From Eledone cirrhosa (taxonomy: Eukaryota), in contig OZ024742.1 in assembly GCA_964016885.1 (NCBI GenBank), forward strand, positions 67,084,001 through 67,148,000: DNA of 64,000 nucleotides, given 5' to 3'. Positions 11,230 to 23,457 of this stretch are shown piece after piece. A program made the position numbers and the translations under genes. How positions within the stretch are numbered: position 1 is the first letter of the stretch; the number at the start of each line of letters is the position of its first letter. A model generated the notes under the pieces. It made no database searches, was not told the origin of the DNA, and worked only from the letters and a program-made list of their open reading frames with translations.

Positions 11230-14200
11230 TATAAATTATATGTATATATATATCATAGATTGAGTTATAAACTCAAAATAGTATTTTACAATTAAATAGG
11301 TCAAAGAAGGGAATCTACATAATTGGATATATGAGAGGGATGAACACAGATATAAGTATACATGTGTTCCAATTGCAAATGACCAAGTTAGCTAGGTTGA
11401 AAAAATACTAATTTAAAACAATAAGGTTTGCCCGATTCGATTTACAGTAATAAATCAATACAAATAACAAACCTATATCGAGCCTTTGATACCCGGACAG
11501 ACCAAAATCTGTTTCGCAAGATTTATTAAGTGAAAGCCAGAATTCCTGTGCTCATCTGCGGGTATCCAGGAAAATTCGTACCTTTCACTTCAAAGGATCT
11601 AAAAAGACTGAGAGATATGCTGATATAAACGCATATGTCGCAGCGTATATTTATATGACAAGGAATGTCAAATGAACTCAGCTACATCGTCGGAGTATAG
11701 CCAATAGGAATACGTTTATTTCGTGGACTTCCACCGCGTTCCACGACACTTTTTGTAGTAGGTTCTGGAAAGGTCGGGGTTCCAACTGAGACAGTTGGTC
11801 TAAACTTGGACACTTTGATTTAAATTGTGACGAGACTAGCTCTTTCATGAAGACAATAATGGAGCAAATATAAACAAAGGGGAATGAAGGAAATGACATA
11901 AAACAACCAGCTCATTCTGCAATTGAGAGTTCGTTGAGGCCTTTTCATAAATATTAGTGCATCTTGCAATAGAATCACCTATTTGAAAAGAAATTTAACA
12001 AGGTAATATAATAATAAAAGATCCAAATTTAGTAATGTTATGCAATGAACATGTATATGATATACATACAGGAAAAGTAGGGAATCCCAAAATATTACAC
12101 CAAAAGAATTGCCCGCACACACTAGCACAGATAATCATGATGCAAAACGAGATATTGAGAAATCGATAAATGTTTGTATTCCCCTTCCAAACAAGCCAAC
12201 GAAGACAATCGCAAAAGCAAAAGCAACTAAAGTCATTTCCAGTCGTATGACAGAAGATGGTATCATACATATTATTTGAGCCGTAATCACACATTTGTAC
12301 AGGGTAAAGGTTTAGGTAAAGTCGTTTGATTATGATGTTCTGGTACATGTCTACGGAAATGCAGAAGAATATTTAAGATTATTCTCAATATAGTAGAATA
12401 AATACTGTTATACAAATCGTTTTCTACGTGGTTTCCTAAACCCTTAAGAAACATTTCAGAAACAAATGTGAGTCAAAATCTATGTTGTGTTACAAAGCAC
12501 GTGAAAGTGAAATGCGGATAATATGCAAAACCGTATGTATAATAATAAATGTACTAGCTGTGATATTCATGAATAACAACAATTCATCAAATCACGACTT
12601 AACAAATAATTGGAAAATAAGCCATATTGAATGCAATATACTTTCTAATGAATAGCCTTCCAATTCTGCAATACCTAATGACACATTTATTAAACAATAA
12701 TCTCTACTGTCTATAACACCACTTGTGATATTTATATTTATGAATCATGTCTACATAATATATATAACAATGTAGAAGATAAACAAATATGATCGGCTCA
12801 ATGGAATAGGATCCGAATTTTAGGGGTGATTAGAATATGTGAAATTTGTTTCGAGACTGATATTAGCTGTGGTAAGAACTTTGCAAGATAGTGGTGAAGA
12901 AAGTCTTAGGAGAGATCATCGAAAATTCACACACCTAATAAGTCATATCCAAACGTATTTCAGCTGTTTTGTTTCTTTTGTTTTGCTTTCCCGCGAATCT
13001 GATATCTTCATACGAGAACTACGGCAGTGTGCGATGCTGGACAACCAATCAAATACATTTCTGATGAAAATACGACAAACATATTCCCGAAATTGAAAAA
13101 CTTGCTATGATCGTGATTCGACAACTAACTTGTTTGTAATTTGGTACCAACTATCAATTCTGTCATTCGCATTCATCAAATGGTTATCGATGCCTAGCAT
13201 TTAAGATCAGACATAATACACTCTGGCAACACAACCTTCATATTTCGTGTAGAAGTAATTATGAAGCGCCATTACGACACTAACATTCTGGCTGCGAGAC
13301 ATCTTTTAAGTACCTTCTATTAAAATGACTAAATATAGTGAAATATCACTAAGTTTGTGATTTACCTTATTAATTCTACTCTTCATATTGACCAAACACT
13401 TGTCTTCTGATGTCTTCCGTCAACCCACTTTGATAATTCGCTAACCGCTTATTCAGATCTTTTCAAAACTAGAAATAAAATGTTCACCCGTAATATGCGA
13501 GGATAGTCATACGACCATTGACATATTTCAACTTATTGTCGCCCTCTAATTAATTTCTTACAGACGAGCGGTGGACTGCTAATGCGTACCACCTGTCATT
13601 TAACCGGGTGGGCATTTTAACCACATTGGTTCTATATTTCTATATCTCCTGATTCTGTCGATTATGTTGTTTCAGCTTGCGGTGTCAGCACACAATGTTA
13701 ATGGGATATAAGTGGCGTTGGTCGGGATCTCAAATACAATTTAGTTTTTCCTGCAATTCGCTGATAGACACAATATTGCTACAAAAATATTTTGTAGCTA
13801 CCGTTTATACAGTCATGAATAATCAGATGGCGCAGTTACTGCTTTCCCTTTAAACTAGAATGGAAAATATGTCTACTGTGTAATATGGAGTAGAATCATA
13901 CAATTATCCTCATATATTTCATTCAATTTGTCTTAGAGGTGTTAAGTAAGGAATCATTACACCGCTGGATGCATGGTGTCTTCAGCCTATTATTATGTAA
14001 AGAAATAAGACATTGAAAAAAAAACAATAGTACCATTCAACGTCACTGTGCAAAATGAAATTTAACTTGTGTTGGCAAGTTAAAATAAATCGATAAAATA
14101 AAAACATGTGTGTATTTTCATATTATTTGCTGCAAGTGCAAATCAAATAATATACAATTTATTAAACACATTTAGATTATGTGGTTCTGTGGTTGTTTTA

Positions 14201-14269
14201 GTTAGTTTTACTGGTAGTGCAATTTTCTTACTCCCGCAATACCCACCATGCCATTATAATAATGATGAT

Positions 14270-14317
<48 letters not shown>

Positions 14318-16661
14318 TCACAGAGTCTCATGAGCTGTTAGCCCAACTTTACAATGAAATAGTTAAGGAGCCAGAAAAGATACCATCATGGCTAGTTAAC
14401 GGCATTACATTCCTGCTTCCGAAGAATGATGAGACAAACAATCCCCAAAATTACAGACCGATAACTTGCTTGACCACAATGTATAAAATGTTAACATCAG
14501 CCCTAACTGAATACACATATGACCACCTGATAACAAATGACCTATTTCCCATTGAGCAGAAAGGGTGTAAACGAGGCTCATATGGCTGTAAGGATCAGCT
14601 TCTGGTTAACAAAATGATACTGGAAGATTGTCATAATAGACACAAAAATCTATCGATTGCTTGGATAGATTATAAAAAAGCATTCGATAGTTTGCCACAC
14701 AGTTGGATTGAAAAATGTTTAGAGATTTTCAAAATATCCCCCGTTGTCGGGAGGTTTTTGTCATTCAGTATGAAAACATGGAAAACGACACTCCTTTTGA
14801 ATAGTGAAACAAAATCACTGGAAGCTGGAGAAGTTAATATTAATTGTGGAATTTTTCAGGGTGACTCTTTATCACCGCTTTTATTCTGCATCGCACTTAT
14901 ACCATTAAGTAAAATGCTCAATGAAACAAAACATGGATATAAAGTCTATGACAAAACCATTAAACACTTGTTCTACATGGATGACCTGAAACTATTTGCA
15001 AAAAATGATGAACAGTTGCAAGGGCTATTATCCACTGTGGAGCAGTTCAGTGATGACATTAAAATGGAGTTTGGACTAGACAAATGCGCCAAAGCAACGT
15101 TCACCAAAGGAAAGCTGCTGAAGAGTTCTTGATCGGAGGAACGTGATAAGAGAACTTGATCAAGAAAAAACTTACAAATATCTAGGTGTTTGTGAAGGAG
15201 ACGGAATCAAGCACTCGACAATGAGGGAAAGGATAAGGAAGGAATGTTACCGCAGAGTAAGAGCAATCTTAAGAACGGAATTGAATGCAAGGAATAGGAT
15301 CGATGCCATAAACACGCTTGCCATACCAGTAGTAACCTACAGTTACAATGTCATCAACTGGTCAAGCACAGAGATCCGTAGGCTCGATACAAAAATTCGA
15401 AAACTCTTAACCATGCACAGAATGCATCACCCTAAGGCAGATATAGATAGAATATATCTCCCGAGGAAAGAAGGAGGACGTGGGTTAATCCAGTTAGACA
15501 TTGCGTTGAAAACTGCAACAATTAGATTATCTACATATCTAAGGGAATCACATGATTGGATGATCAAACTCGTTTTGAAACACGAAAGCATCAAAAGATC
15601 ATATTCCAAAATATTACAAAAGATGCACAAATATACAGTAATGGACTACAAATTTCAGAAGTCCCATTTACTGCTGAAATGGAAAACACAGAAAAAGCAA
15701 AGCAGGTAAAAGTAACTGCAAAGAAAGAAATGCTACAGAAACTGGCTAAGAAATGGCAAGAAAAGCCTCTGTATGGAAAATACCCAGAGCGAGCTAACAA
15801 TCCTGATGTTGAAAAAACTTTAACCCATCAGTGTTTGGCATCCTCTGGACTGAAATCGGAGACTGAAGGACTGATTATATCAGCCCAAGATCAGTGTCTG
15901 CCAACAAAAAATTACCAAGCCAACATAATATAAAATGGATGCAGCCCATTATGCCGTGTATGTAAAAAACAGAAAGAGACCATTGACCATATAATTTCAA
16001 TGTGCAGTCCTATAGCTCCAACCGAATACCTAAACAGGCATGACAGAGCTGCACAATACATACATTGGATAATGTGTAAGCATTTTGACCTGCCCCATCA
16101 AAAGAATTGGTGGGAGCATCAACCACCTCCCATACTTGAAAAAGATCGCATCTCAATCTTGTGGAACTTTAGCATCCAAACAGACCGATAAATAGATGCA
16201 AATAGACCTGATATAATATTGAATGACATCAAAAAGAGGGTATGCCTGCTAATTGATATGTCTGTTCCAATAGACAAGAATGTATCTATAAAAACATTTG
16301 AAAAATTGAGCAAGTATAAGGACCTGGAGATAGAAATTGGAAAAATGTGGAAATTGAGAACTAAAACAATACCAGTGGTTGTAGGCCCTCTGGAAATGAT
16401 ACCTAAGGGGTCTAATGATTACTTATCGCAAATCCCAGGAAACCCGCGTATAGGAGAAATACAAAAGATAGTACTAATGGGAACTGCCCATATACTAAGA
16501 AAGATTCTGTCAATATAAGTACATCACAAGTCTAAACACTAAAGATGCATGTGTGAGTATGTATGTTCTTTCTTGAACATGGCGGACCTTGTTGTCTCTT
16601 GAGGTCACTGGTTGTGACTTGGTGATAACTCGTATGAACATAAAGCAAGATAAATGCAACT

Positions 16662-16662
<1 letters not shown>
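14318..16662 (+). mobile_element. R4/Dong LINE family A, 5'-truncated and disrupted
   Basis: [56 protein letters not shown] (CRVC..ETIDHIISMC), RLE (RHD, RPD, IDMSVP, EKLSKY). (TAA)n on both sides. Confidence 0.93.
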
Positions 16663-16715
<53 letters not shown>

Positions 16716-16729
<14 letters not shown>

Positions 16730-17345
16730 CTGTGGCTCACGTTGTATCCGAGTGTAAACACCTAGCCCAGACTCACTATAGGGGCTGGAACATGATGTGA
16801 TGGGCAGGGTGATCCACTGGCACCTATGCAAAGTAAACAATTTACCACATTCTGAGAAGTGGTATGAGCATAAGCCAGAGGCGGTGATAGAAAACGATCA
16901 GGTGAAGGTGCTGTGGGATTTTAGGATACAGACGGACAAGAAACTGGAACACAATAGACTTGACCTGGTGGTTGTGGACAAAGAAAAAAGATCGTGCCTG
17001 ATTGTGGATGTGGCCTGCCCATTCGACACGAGAGTGCAAGAGGGGGAGAGGGAGAAAATTAACCGATACCAGGACTTAAAGTGGGAGGTAAAAAGGATTT
17101 GGAACTGCCATGAGTCAAAGTGGTCCCGATTGTCATAGGCGCACTAGGTACTATCTCAACAAGTTTCTAGGGATGGTTAAAGAAAATTGGCCCCTTCACG
17201 CTTTTTGGAACGCTTCAAAAGGCATGCTTGCTGGGAACAGCAAGAACCCTCCGAAAAGTCCTCAATATCTGAGGCTGCAGGTAGTGGCTTGATATTCATT
17301 TCAACAAACTTTCCAGTTAACTAACATCAATGACTGAGACTTAAA

Positions 17346-17346
<1 letters not shown>
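16716..17346 (+). mobile_element. R4/Dong LINE family B, 3' fragment
   Basis: RLE region (HDVMGRVIHW, LWDFRIQTDK, IVDVACP, EKINRY) plus family-B 3' UTR, then (TAA)n. Confidence 0.9.
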
Positions 17347-17396
<50 letters not shown>

Positions 17397-17656
17397 TTTC
17401 TTTATTAACCACAAGGGTTTACATAAAGTAGACATTAAGGACAGTGCAGGACAATGCAGGACGGTACAAATGGGCATTTCTGCGTGTAAAAAACAAAAAC
17501 AGAGGATGTAACAAAAATAACAATGAAAATAACAATGAAAAATTCCCCAATAGGGGGGGAGACTTCGGAGGGACATTTGTGGAGAAAGCCCAGTAAAAAG
17601 CCACAATGACCCTGACCACCAAGGCAAGTGCCCTCTCCCAGTTTTCCACCTTTAAT

Positions 17657-20600
17657 TTACAGATATATACTCAGAGTAGGCCCATTCACTCGGGCCATTC
17701 TTGCTTCTCTCACCCATCTTTCAACAAAATGCTGGGAAGAGAGCACTTCCCTCTCTACTCTGATTTTCCTTTTCAAATGAAATTTGAAAAAGTCAATCAG
17801 AGCATCACCGAAGAGGTAAGTGCTCGTCTTCAGCCCTTTCAAACGTGTCCACCATACTATCTCTTTCGCCATGGCCACCAGACAGATAAAAACTGCCTGC
17901 CCTTCCCGGCTAAAGGAGGAGGGCGGGGCAATCCTCACGATAGACTCAGATGATAGCTGGATCCGTCCTAAACGCGACAGCAGGTGTTCGACATAAACCC
18001 ACAAGTCAGCAATTTTCGGACACTGGACGAGTGCGTGCAGGACGGTTTCGTCGCCCTGCGCGCATCTCGGACATGCCCGGCTGACGGCACCTCCATGCCT
18101 GTAGAGTTTATCCCGAACTGGCAAGGCTCCTCGGTAGCACTGCCAGGCCAGAGATTTCTGGAAGTTGTCCATAGGCCCTGGCCCGAAAGTTCTTCCGAAG
18201 AGATTGGCTAGTTGATTTTCGTCGACGCCTAGAGTTTCCCCAAGTACGTCGTCGCTCTTCCCCTCCACTAATCCTCTATAGAACGCCGAGGTGGAGTTTC
18301 CACCGATCACATTGCCCGATTGGTCGAGGGCTGTGAGCGCCTGAAGACATTCCAGTCTCCAGGCGCTCCCTCTCGGTCTTCGCTTGACCCAGGACTGCAG
18401 CTCCGTCAAGGAAACGAGCTGGGGAAAAACGCGTCTAGCAAACGGCGACCACACCTGATCACCGTCGAGGAAGAGGTGGAGATGTCGTAGCCTGAGCGCG
18501 TGCCTGCGCATCATCAGCCACGGCATGCCCAGCCCTCCACGTAGCGGGTGTTGACAACAGATGGACCGCCTGACCATCGGAGCACGTCCCTTCCACAAAA
18601 AGCGAAAGAGCAAACGCTCCAGCGCAGTCAGGCGAGGCTTAGGACAAGGTACGACGGTTAGGCGGTAGCAGATGACAGACGCGATGTACGCGTTAGCCAC
18701 CTCCGCTCGACCTTTCAGGGATAGCTTCCTCTCCGCCCATTTCTGGGTGAGAGAAGCCACCCTGCTCGTCACCTCGTCCCAGTTTTTGTCCGTCTGGAGG
18801 TCCGGACCGAACCAGACCCCTAGCAATTTAACCGGTCCGTCCGTCCAGCGCCCGACGACGCTGTTGGACGGCATGGACCTGCCTCTCCAGGTGCCGAGCT
18901 GCAGGCCCACTGACTTTTCCTGGTTGATCATTGCTCCTGTCACCGCTTCGTATTCTCTTAGTGTAGTGCCGATCGCCTCGATGTGTTTGGCGTTCGACAC
19001 CACTACGGTGACATCGTCCGCATATGCTGACACGGATCTTCCGCATCCTAGTTCGCGCGGGACTCCCCTCAACGTCTCCAGTTTGTGCAGTAATGGCTCG
19101 AGAGTCAATACGTACAAGAGGGACGAGAGGGGACATCCTTGGCGGACCGAGCGCATGATGTTGAACGGTTCCGACAGGTGACCGTTCACTCTCACCACAG
19201 AGCAGATGTCGCTGTGCATGGCAGCGATCCAGCCTCTGAAGACGGGCCCAAAGCCAGCCGCCCTCAGGACTGCCGCTAGGTAACGATGGTCGACCCTATC
19301 GAAAGCTTTCGACTGATCTAAATTGATCAAGGACCCACCCGTGCCAGGTTCCCTAGCTACCCTCTCTACGATGTATCGCATGAGGTGGAGGTTGTCGTGG
19401 ATGGATCTGTCGGGAATGGCGCATGTCTGCGCCTCTCCCACCAGACCACCAACGACAAGCGCCAACCTCTTTGCTAGCACCTTGGCCAAAATCTTAAACT
19501 CTGTGTTTAGCAGAGTTATGGGCCGGAAATTGTCTATGTTATCCCCCTTGTTCGGATCCTTTCTCAGCAGTGCCACCGCTCCTCGGCTCACAGAACTGGG
19601 AATTCTCCCGTTCTGTTGCCAGTTGCAGTAGACGTCCGCCAAGAGGCCTCCAAACAAGTCTGGCATCTGTACGTAAAGTTCATAGGGCAGACCATCCAAA
19701 CCAGGCGATTTACCCCTTGTGCAGCCAGTCATTGCCTCCCGTACTTCAGCGGCTGTTATCGGCTTTTCGCAACACCTGGCCTCAGTGGCCGAGAGCCGCG
19801 GCAGCCCGTCGAGGTAGACACTAAAGTCCATCCCTCTACCCGGCCCCCCGCTGCCCCCGAACAGCTGAGCGAAGTGTCGCTGAAAAGCTTCACACATTTG
19901 CCCGGGATCGAGTAGCATGCGCCCGTCGTGGTCCACCAAAGACCGGATCGTGGCTTTGTTGCCACGACGCGCCTCCGCCACTCGGGCCCATTGAACGGCT
20001 TTCGTCCCCTCGTGTTTGAGAGCACGCACCCTAGCTCTGACAACGCAGCCTTCGTGCTTTGCATTGAAGAATTGGTCAAGGGCCAATTTCGCCGCAAGCA
20101 CGTCGGTCGCAATGCCTTTGCTAAGCGCCTCGTCTAATTTTCTAACTAGTTCTCCCTCTGCTCTATTTTTCTCTATTGCTAAAGCCTTACTAAACCTAAT
20201 CGATTCTATTCTAATCGCTCTTTTCAGAGCAAACCACCACTTGTTGTTGACGATGGCCCCCGTCAACGCCCGCTTAACTAGTTCGCTAATCCGGTCTCTG
20301 TAGGCCTTGCGCGCTGGTAAGGACGCGTTTAGCTTCCAGTAGCCGGGTCCTCGTCTATGAAGCCTATCTAAGTCAAGCACACAGGTCACGAATTTGTGGT
20401 CCGTGTAGCTGACTATCTTGAATTGTGGACAGCCTATGCTAGACCTATCTATTTCTCTACAAAATACTCTATCTAGATATGATCTGGATGACCCTATGCG
20501 GTTTGTCCAAGTCCACATTGGCACATTCGGGAAATCCAATCGGTACCTGTCAGACAGTTCAAAACGCCTGAGCAGGTTGGTGAGGCTCTTGCACCCTCCA

Positions 20601-21076
20601 CCCCTATCCGCTAATCCCACACAGTCCCAGCGTGCATCTAAGATCCCGTTCCAGTCGCCCACTAACACTAAAGAGCGGGACGTTCCAAGAAAGGTCTCCA
20701 GACGCCGGAAGAAATCAGGCCGCCCTGCTCCTGTCGGGGCATAGACGGCCACTAGCCTGAAAGATTGCCCGTCTCCGCTGGTCACGTCCAGCACCACCAG
20801 CTTACCCTCTGGGTCCAGGAAGATGGCCCGTATGGCGAGATCCAAACCTCTCCGAAAAAGTACAGCAACTCCTCCACCGGATCCAGGACGGCTGGGAGAT
20901 GCGTACACATCGTAGCCGCCGAAGATCGGTGCGAAGGCCCGTGCTTCGGAGATTCTGGTCTCGCTGATGGCCACTACATCTATGTTTAGTGACCTGAGGT
21001 CGTTGAGCAGGTGACCCTGCTTCCATGACGACCCCAAGCCACGCGCATTTATGCTGCCTATTCTGAGTGAGGTCAT
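17657..21076 (-). CDS. Tx1 ORF2: APE endonuclease + reverse transcriptase + C-terminal zinc finger (1139 aa)
   Basis: SINARGL, ISETR, VYAP, GDWNG, SYLDRVF, YTDH; SPGLDG, FRPITLLN, DQSKAFDRVDH, RQGCPLS, AYADD; CPRC..ETVLHALVQC. Confidence 0.95.
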   Translation of the reverse strand: MTSLRIGSINARGLGSSWKQGHLLNDLRSLNIDVVAISETRISEARAFAPIFGGYDVYASPSRPGSGGGVAVLFRRGLDLAIRAIFLDPEGKLVVLDVTSGDGQSFRLVAVYAPTGAGRPDFFRRLETFLGTSRSLVLVGDWNGILDARWDCVGLADRGGGCKSLTNLLRRFELSDRYRLDFPNVPMWTWTNRIGSSRSYLDRVFCREIDRSSIGCPQFKIVSYTDHKFVTCVLDLDRLHRRGPGYWKLNASLPARKAYRDRISELVKRALTGAIVNNKWWFALKRAIRIESIRFSKALAIEKNRAEGELVRKLDEALSKGIATDVLAAKLALDQFFNAKHEGCVVRARVRALKHEGTKAVQWARVAEARRGNKATIRSLVDHDGRMLLDPGQMCEAFQRHFAQLFGGSGGPGRGMDFSVYLDGLPRLSATEARCCEKPITAAEVREAMTGCTRGKSPGLDGLPYELYVQMPDLFGGLLADVYCNWQQNGRIPSSVSRGAVALLRKDPNKGDNIDNFRPITLLNTEFKILAKVLAKRLALVVGGLVGEAQTCAIPDRSIHDNLHLMRYIVERVAREPGTGGSLINLDQSKAFDRVDHRYLAAVLRAAGFGPVFRGWIAAMHSDICSVVRVNGHLSEPFNIMRSVRQGCPLSSLLYVLTLEPLLHKLETLRGVPRELGCGRSVSAYADDVTVVVSNAKHIEAIGTTLREYEAVTGAMINQEKSVGLQLGTWRGRSMPSNSVVGRWTDGPVKLLGVWFGPDLQTDKNWDEVTSRVASLTQKWAERKLSLKGRAEVANAYIASVICYRLTVVPCPKPRLTALERLLFRFLWKGRAPMVRRSICCQHPLRGGLGMPWLMMRRHALRLRHLHLFLDGDQVWSPFARRVFPQLVSLTELQSWVKRRPRGSAWRLECLQALTALDQSGNVIGGNSTSAFYRGLVEGKSDDVLGETLGVDENQLANLFGRTFGPGPMDNFQKSLAWQCYRGALPVRDKLYRHGGAVSRACPRCAQGDETVLHALVQCPKIADLWVYVEHLLSRLGRIQLSSESIVRIAPPSSFSREGQAVFICLVAMAKEIVWWTRLKGLKTSTYLFGDALIDFFKFHLKRKIRVEREVLSSQHFVERWVREARMARVNGPTLSIYL

Positions 21077-21111
21077 GTTTAAAATAGAGTGGAAAAGATG
21101 GGAAAGACCAC

Positions 21112-23202
21112 TTACCGTATTTTTGGTAGAGGAGGGATGGTTTTTACATCCCTTTTCACTTGATCGTCTGGTGAAGGGACCGTTGAATCGTCCCTTCGGC
21201 TGGTCGTCGGCTCTTCTAAGAGAATGTCTGAATATACTCTTCGATTAATGGTTCCTCCTAGGTCCCTGAAATCACCAACTGCGTTGGGGAATTTCGTTTT
21301 AATGTTTGTGTATTGTTTCTGTGCTATTTTTAGCAGTCTTATGTTAGTTGGCGTTTTGATTGGTGCTGGTATTATGTAGTCCTGTTGTGAAATGTCTGTG
21401 TGTTCAATTATGTAAGTCATTAGTTTCTTGTTGTGTGTGTTTATTGCCGTGCATTTGTTTTTCTGGGGGTGGGGTGTGGTTCTGCTATTTTCTTGTCGTT
21501 GTTGCTGGGTGTGTGTGTTTTGTTGTTGTGTTTGCGATGTTGGTGCTTGTGGTGTTGAAGGTGTTGTTGGCGGTGGGGTTGTCGCCGGTGGTGATGGTGG
21601 TGCTGGTGTGGGTGGTGATGGTGTTGGTGGTGTTGCTGCTGTGGGTCTCTTTGCAGTAGACTTTACCCTTTTCTCATTTCTTTCCTCCCTTTTCAAAGGC
21701 GACGATGCGCTGCTTCTGCGTTTGTGCCTTCTTGAGACCTTTTGCCATCCCTCTCCCACCTCACACTCCATGTCTGATTCTGTAAGGTCGGGGAGGGGTA
21801 CCAGCTCCACTCTTTCACTTGTTGTTGTTGGTGATGTTTGCACTGGAGTCTCTGTTGCAGCTGCATTTGGTATTGCTGTTGTTGTTGTTAATATTTCCAC
21901 TGCTGCTGCTGTCTTTGATTTCCGTGGAGTGGGTATGGGTGCCACGGACCTATCGTTCCTGGTTGCCGCTTGTCCTGTTGCTGGTAGCCGTGGAACCGGA
22001 TTCGGGAGGAGGGGGGTTTTCTCCTTTCTCAGGGTCTTCTCATTGCAGAAGGCCCTGAGGTGAGTCTTCGATCCACAGCGAAAGCATTTCGGGCGTTTGC
22101 CCTCAACACTTATGGGCAGTTGAGTGCCGTTATCGAAGTCTATCACATCCGGGATAGCTTCGATGCACTCCTGGTTGGTTTGGATTAGCATCTCAATGGA
22201 GGAGCCGACCCAATCTTCTCTTACTTTTTTCTGTACTTGCAGTACAGTTGTTTTGTCCTCGATTCCGACGAGGACAGACGCGGCCAGCCAAGAAGGGGTC
22301 ATTCCGGGGGGGACGTGGGTCAGTTTGACCCTCACAATTTTTTGCCCGCAGTAGGAGGGCACCAACACCATTTCCTCGCTCCTTAGGGTCACTACTGATT
22401 GGGCCTTTGCCTCCTGGGGTGTGGCAAAAAGTACGTCTACGGTGGCGTATTTTTTGCCTCGGGTGATGTGCGTTTTCCTCTGCCACACAGACCCCAAGGC
22501 TTTTTGTATTTGGGCCTCTGTGGCTCTTTCCACCCTACGGGATTTTGTACTTACTGTACGGTACGTGACCGTACAGTGCTCTTGGGTTTCGAAAAAATTT
22601 TTCGCTGCCTTGCAGATTGCTCGGTGTCCGTTCTTTGTCACCATCTTCTTCGCTTCCTCTAATTCCTCATTTGTTATGAGGATTGTTTCCAGGTTTTTCG
22701 CAATACCTGCAAATGAGATTGGTTTTTCTCTGCTGTTGTTGTTGTCGTCAGAGCTGCTGGTACTTTTGTTGTTGCTGCAGGTACTACGACTACTGCCTCC
22801 GCCGCTGTTGCTGTGGTTGTTGTTGGTGTTGCTGCTGCTAATGCTGTTGTTGTTTATGCTGCTGGTGATGCTGTTGCGGCTGCTACTGTTGTTTTCATTG
22901 TCACTGTTGCTGTTGTTATTACGGCTGCTACTGCTATTATTCCTGACGTCAGACGAATGAACTGGGTTTTCGTATTTCCCGCACACCTGTTTCGTCGCTG
23001 TCGTCGTCGTCGTGGAGAAACCTTGCACGCTTTGCACGAGACTTTTCTTTTCTTTCGTCGCTTGCGAAAGAGAAGGGAGGGAGAGAGACACATTTAAAGA
23101 AGGGAGGGAGAGAGACAATCTTCTCTCTGCTGTAGTGATGATTGAGGAAGAAGAAGACGGAATGAGTGGGAGTGACGTATGAAATTTCTTTTTGGTAGCC
23201 AT
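21112..23202 (-). CDS. Tx1 ORF1 nucleic-acid-binding protein with CCHC zinc knuckle
   Basis: Open frame (track start 23235 is TTG; first ATG MATKKK at 23202). CFRCGSKTHLRAFC = CX2CX4HX4C; N/S-rich and P/T-rich low-complexity regions; WQKV basic motif. Confidence 0.85.
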   Translation of the reverse strand: MATKKKFHTSLPLIPSSSSSIITTAERRLSLSLPSLNVSLSLPSLSQATKEKKSLVQSVQGFSTTTTTATKQVCGKYENPVHSSDVRNNSSSSRNNNSNSDNENNSSSRNSITSSINNNSISSSNTNNNHSNSGGGSSRSTCSNNKSTSSSDDNNNSREKPISFAGIAKNLETILITNEELEEAKKMVTKNGHRAICKAAKNFFETQEHCTVTYRTVSTKSRRVERATEAQIQKALGSVWQRKTHITRGKKYATVDVLFATPQEAKAQSVVTLRSEEMVLVPSYCGQKIVRVKLTHVPPGMTPSWLAASVLVGIEDKTTVLQVQKKVREDWVGSSIEMLIQTNQECIEAIPDVIDFDNGTQLPISVEGKRPKCFRCGSKTHLRAFCNEKTLRKEKTPLLPNPVPRLPATGQAATRNDRSVAPIPTPRKSKTAAAVEILTTTTAIPNAAATETPVQTSPTTTSERVELVPLPDLTESDMECEVGEGWQKVSRRHKRRSSASSPLKREERNEKRVKSTAKRPTAATPPTPSPPTPAPPSPPATTPPPTTPSTPQAPTSQTQQQNTHTQQQRQENSRTTPHPQKNKCTAINTHNKKLMTYIIEHTDISQQDYIIPAPIKTPTNIRLLKIAQKQYTNIKTKFPNAVGDFRDLGGTINRRVYSDILLEEPTTSRRDDSTVPSPDDQVKRDVKTIPPLPKIR

Positions 23203-23415
23203 GTTTTTTTGTTTAAAATGAAATTTTGGGTACAAAACCCCAATAACTGGTTATTTAACCCCGAAGGGCCAAATAACGGACAGAAAGACCCCTCTCACGA
23301 GGAGGAGGGTGTCTTTATCAACAATTTGGTTCAAGTTTTAAACAATTTACAATTGTTTTAACGGTTAAAAATTACTATACCTTACAGAGCCGAGCCTCCG
23401 TCAACCATGGCATTC

Positions 23416-23457
<42 letters not shown>

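Larger units (their letters stand above)
17395..23415 (-). mobile_element. Tx1-clade (L1 group) LINE, apparently full-length and intact, inserted in (ATT)n
   Basis: Two uninterrupted ORFs; 5' end follows (ATT)n; 3' end AATAAAGAAATC runs straight into (ATT)n. Confidence 0.92.

Noticed and set aside
11750-12250. pogo/Tigger transposase relic (NCDET, NCPH)
   Set aside because: Only two short motifs and no TIRs; needs an HMM search
17606-23100. Many + strand ORFs over the Tx1 element
   Set aside because: Antisense shadows of GC-rich or low-complexity coding sequence; no motifs
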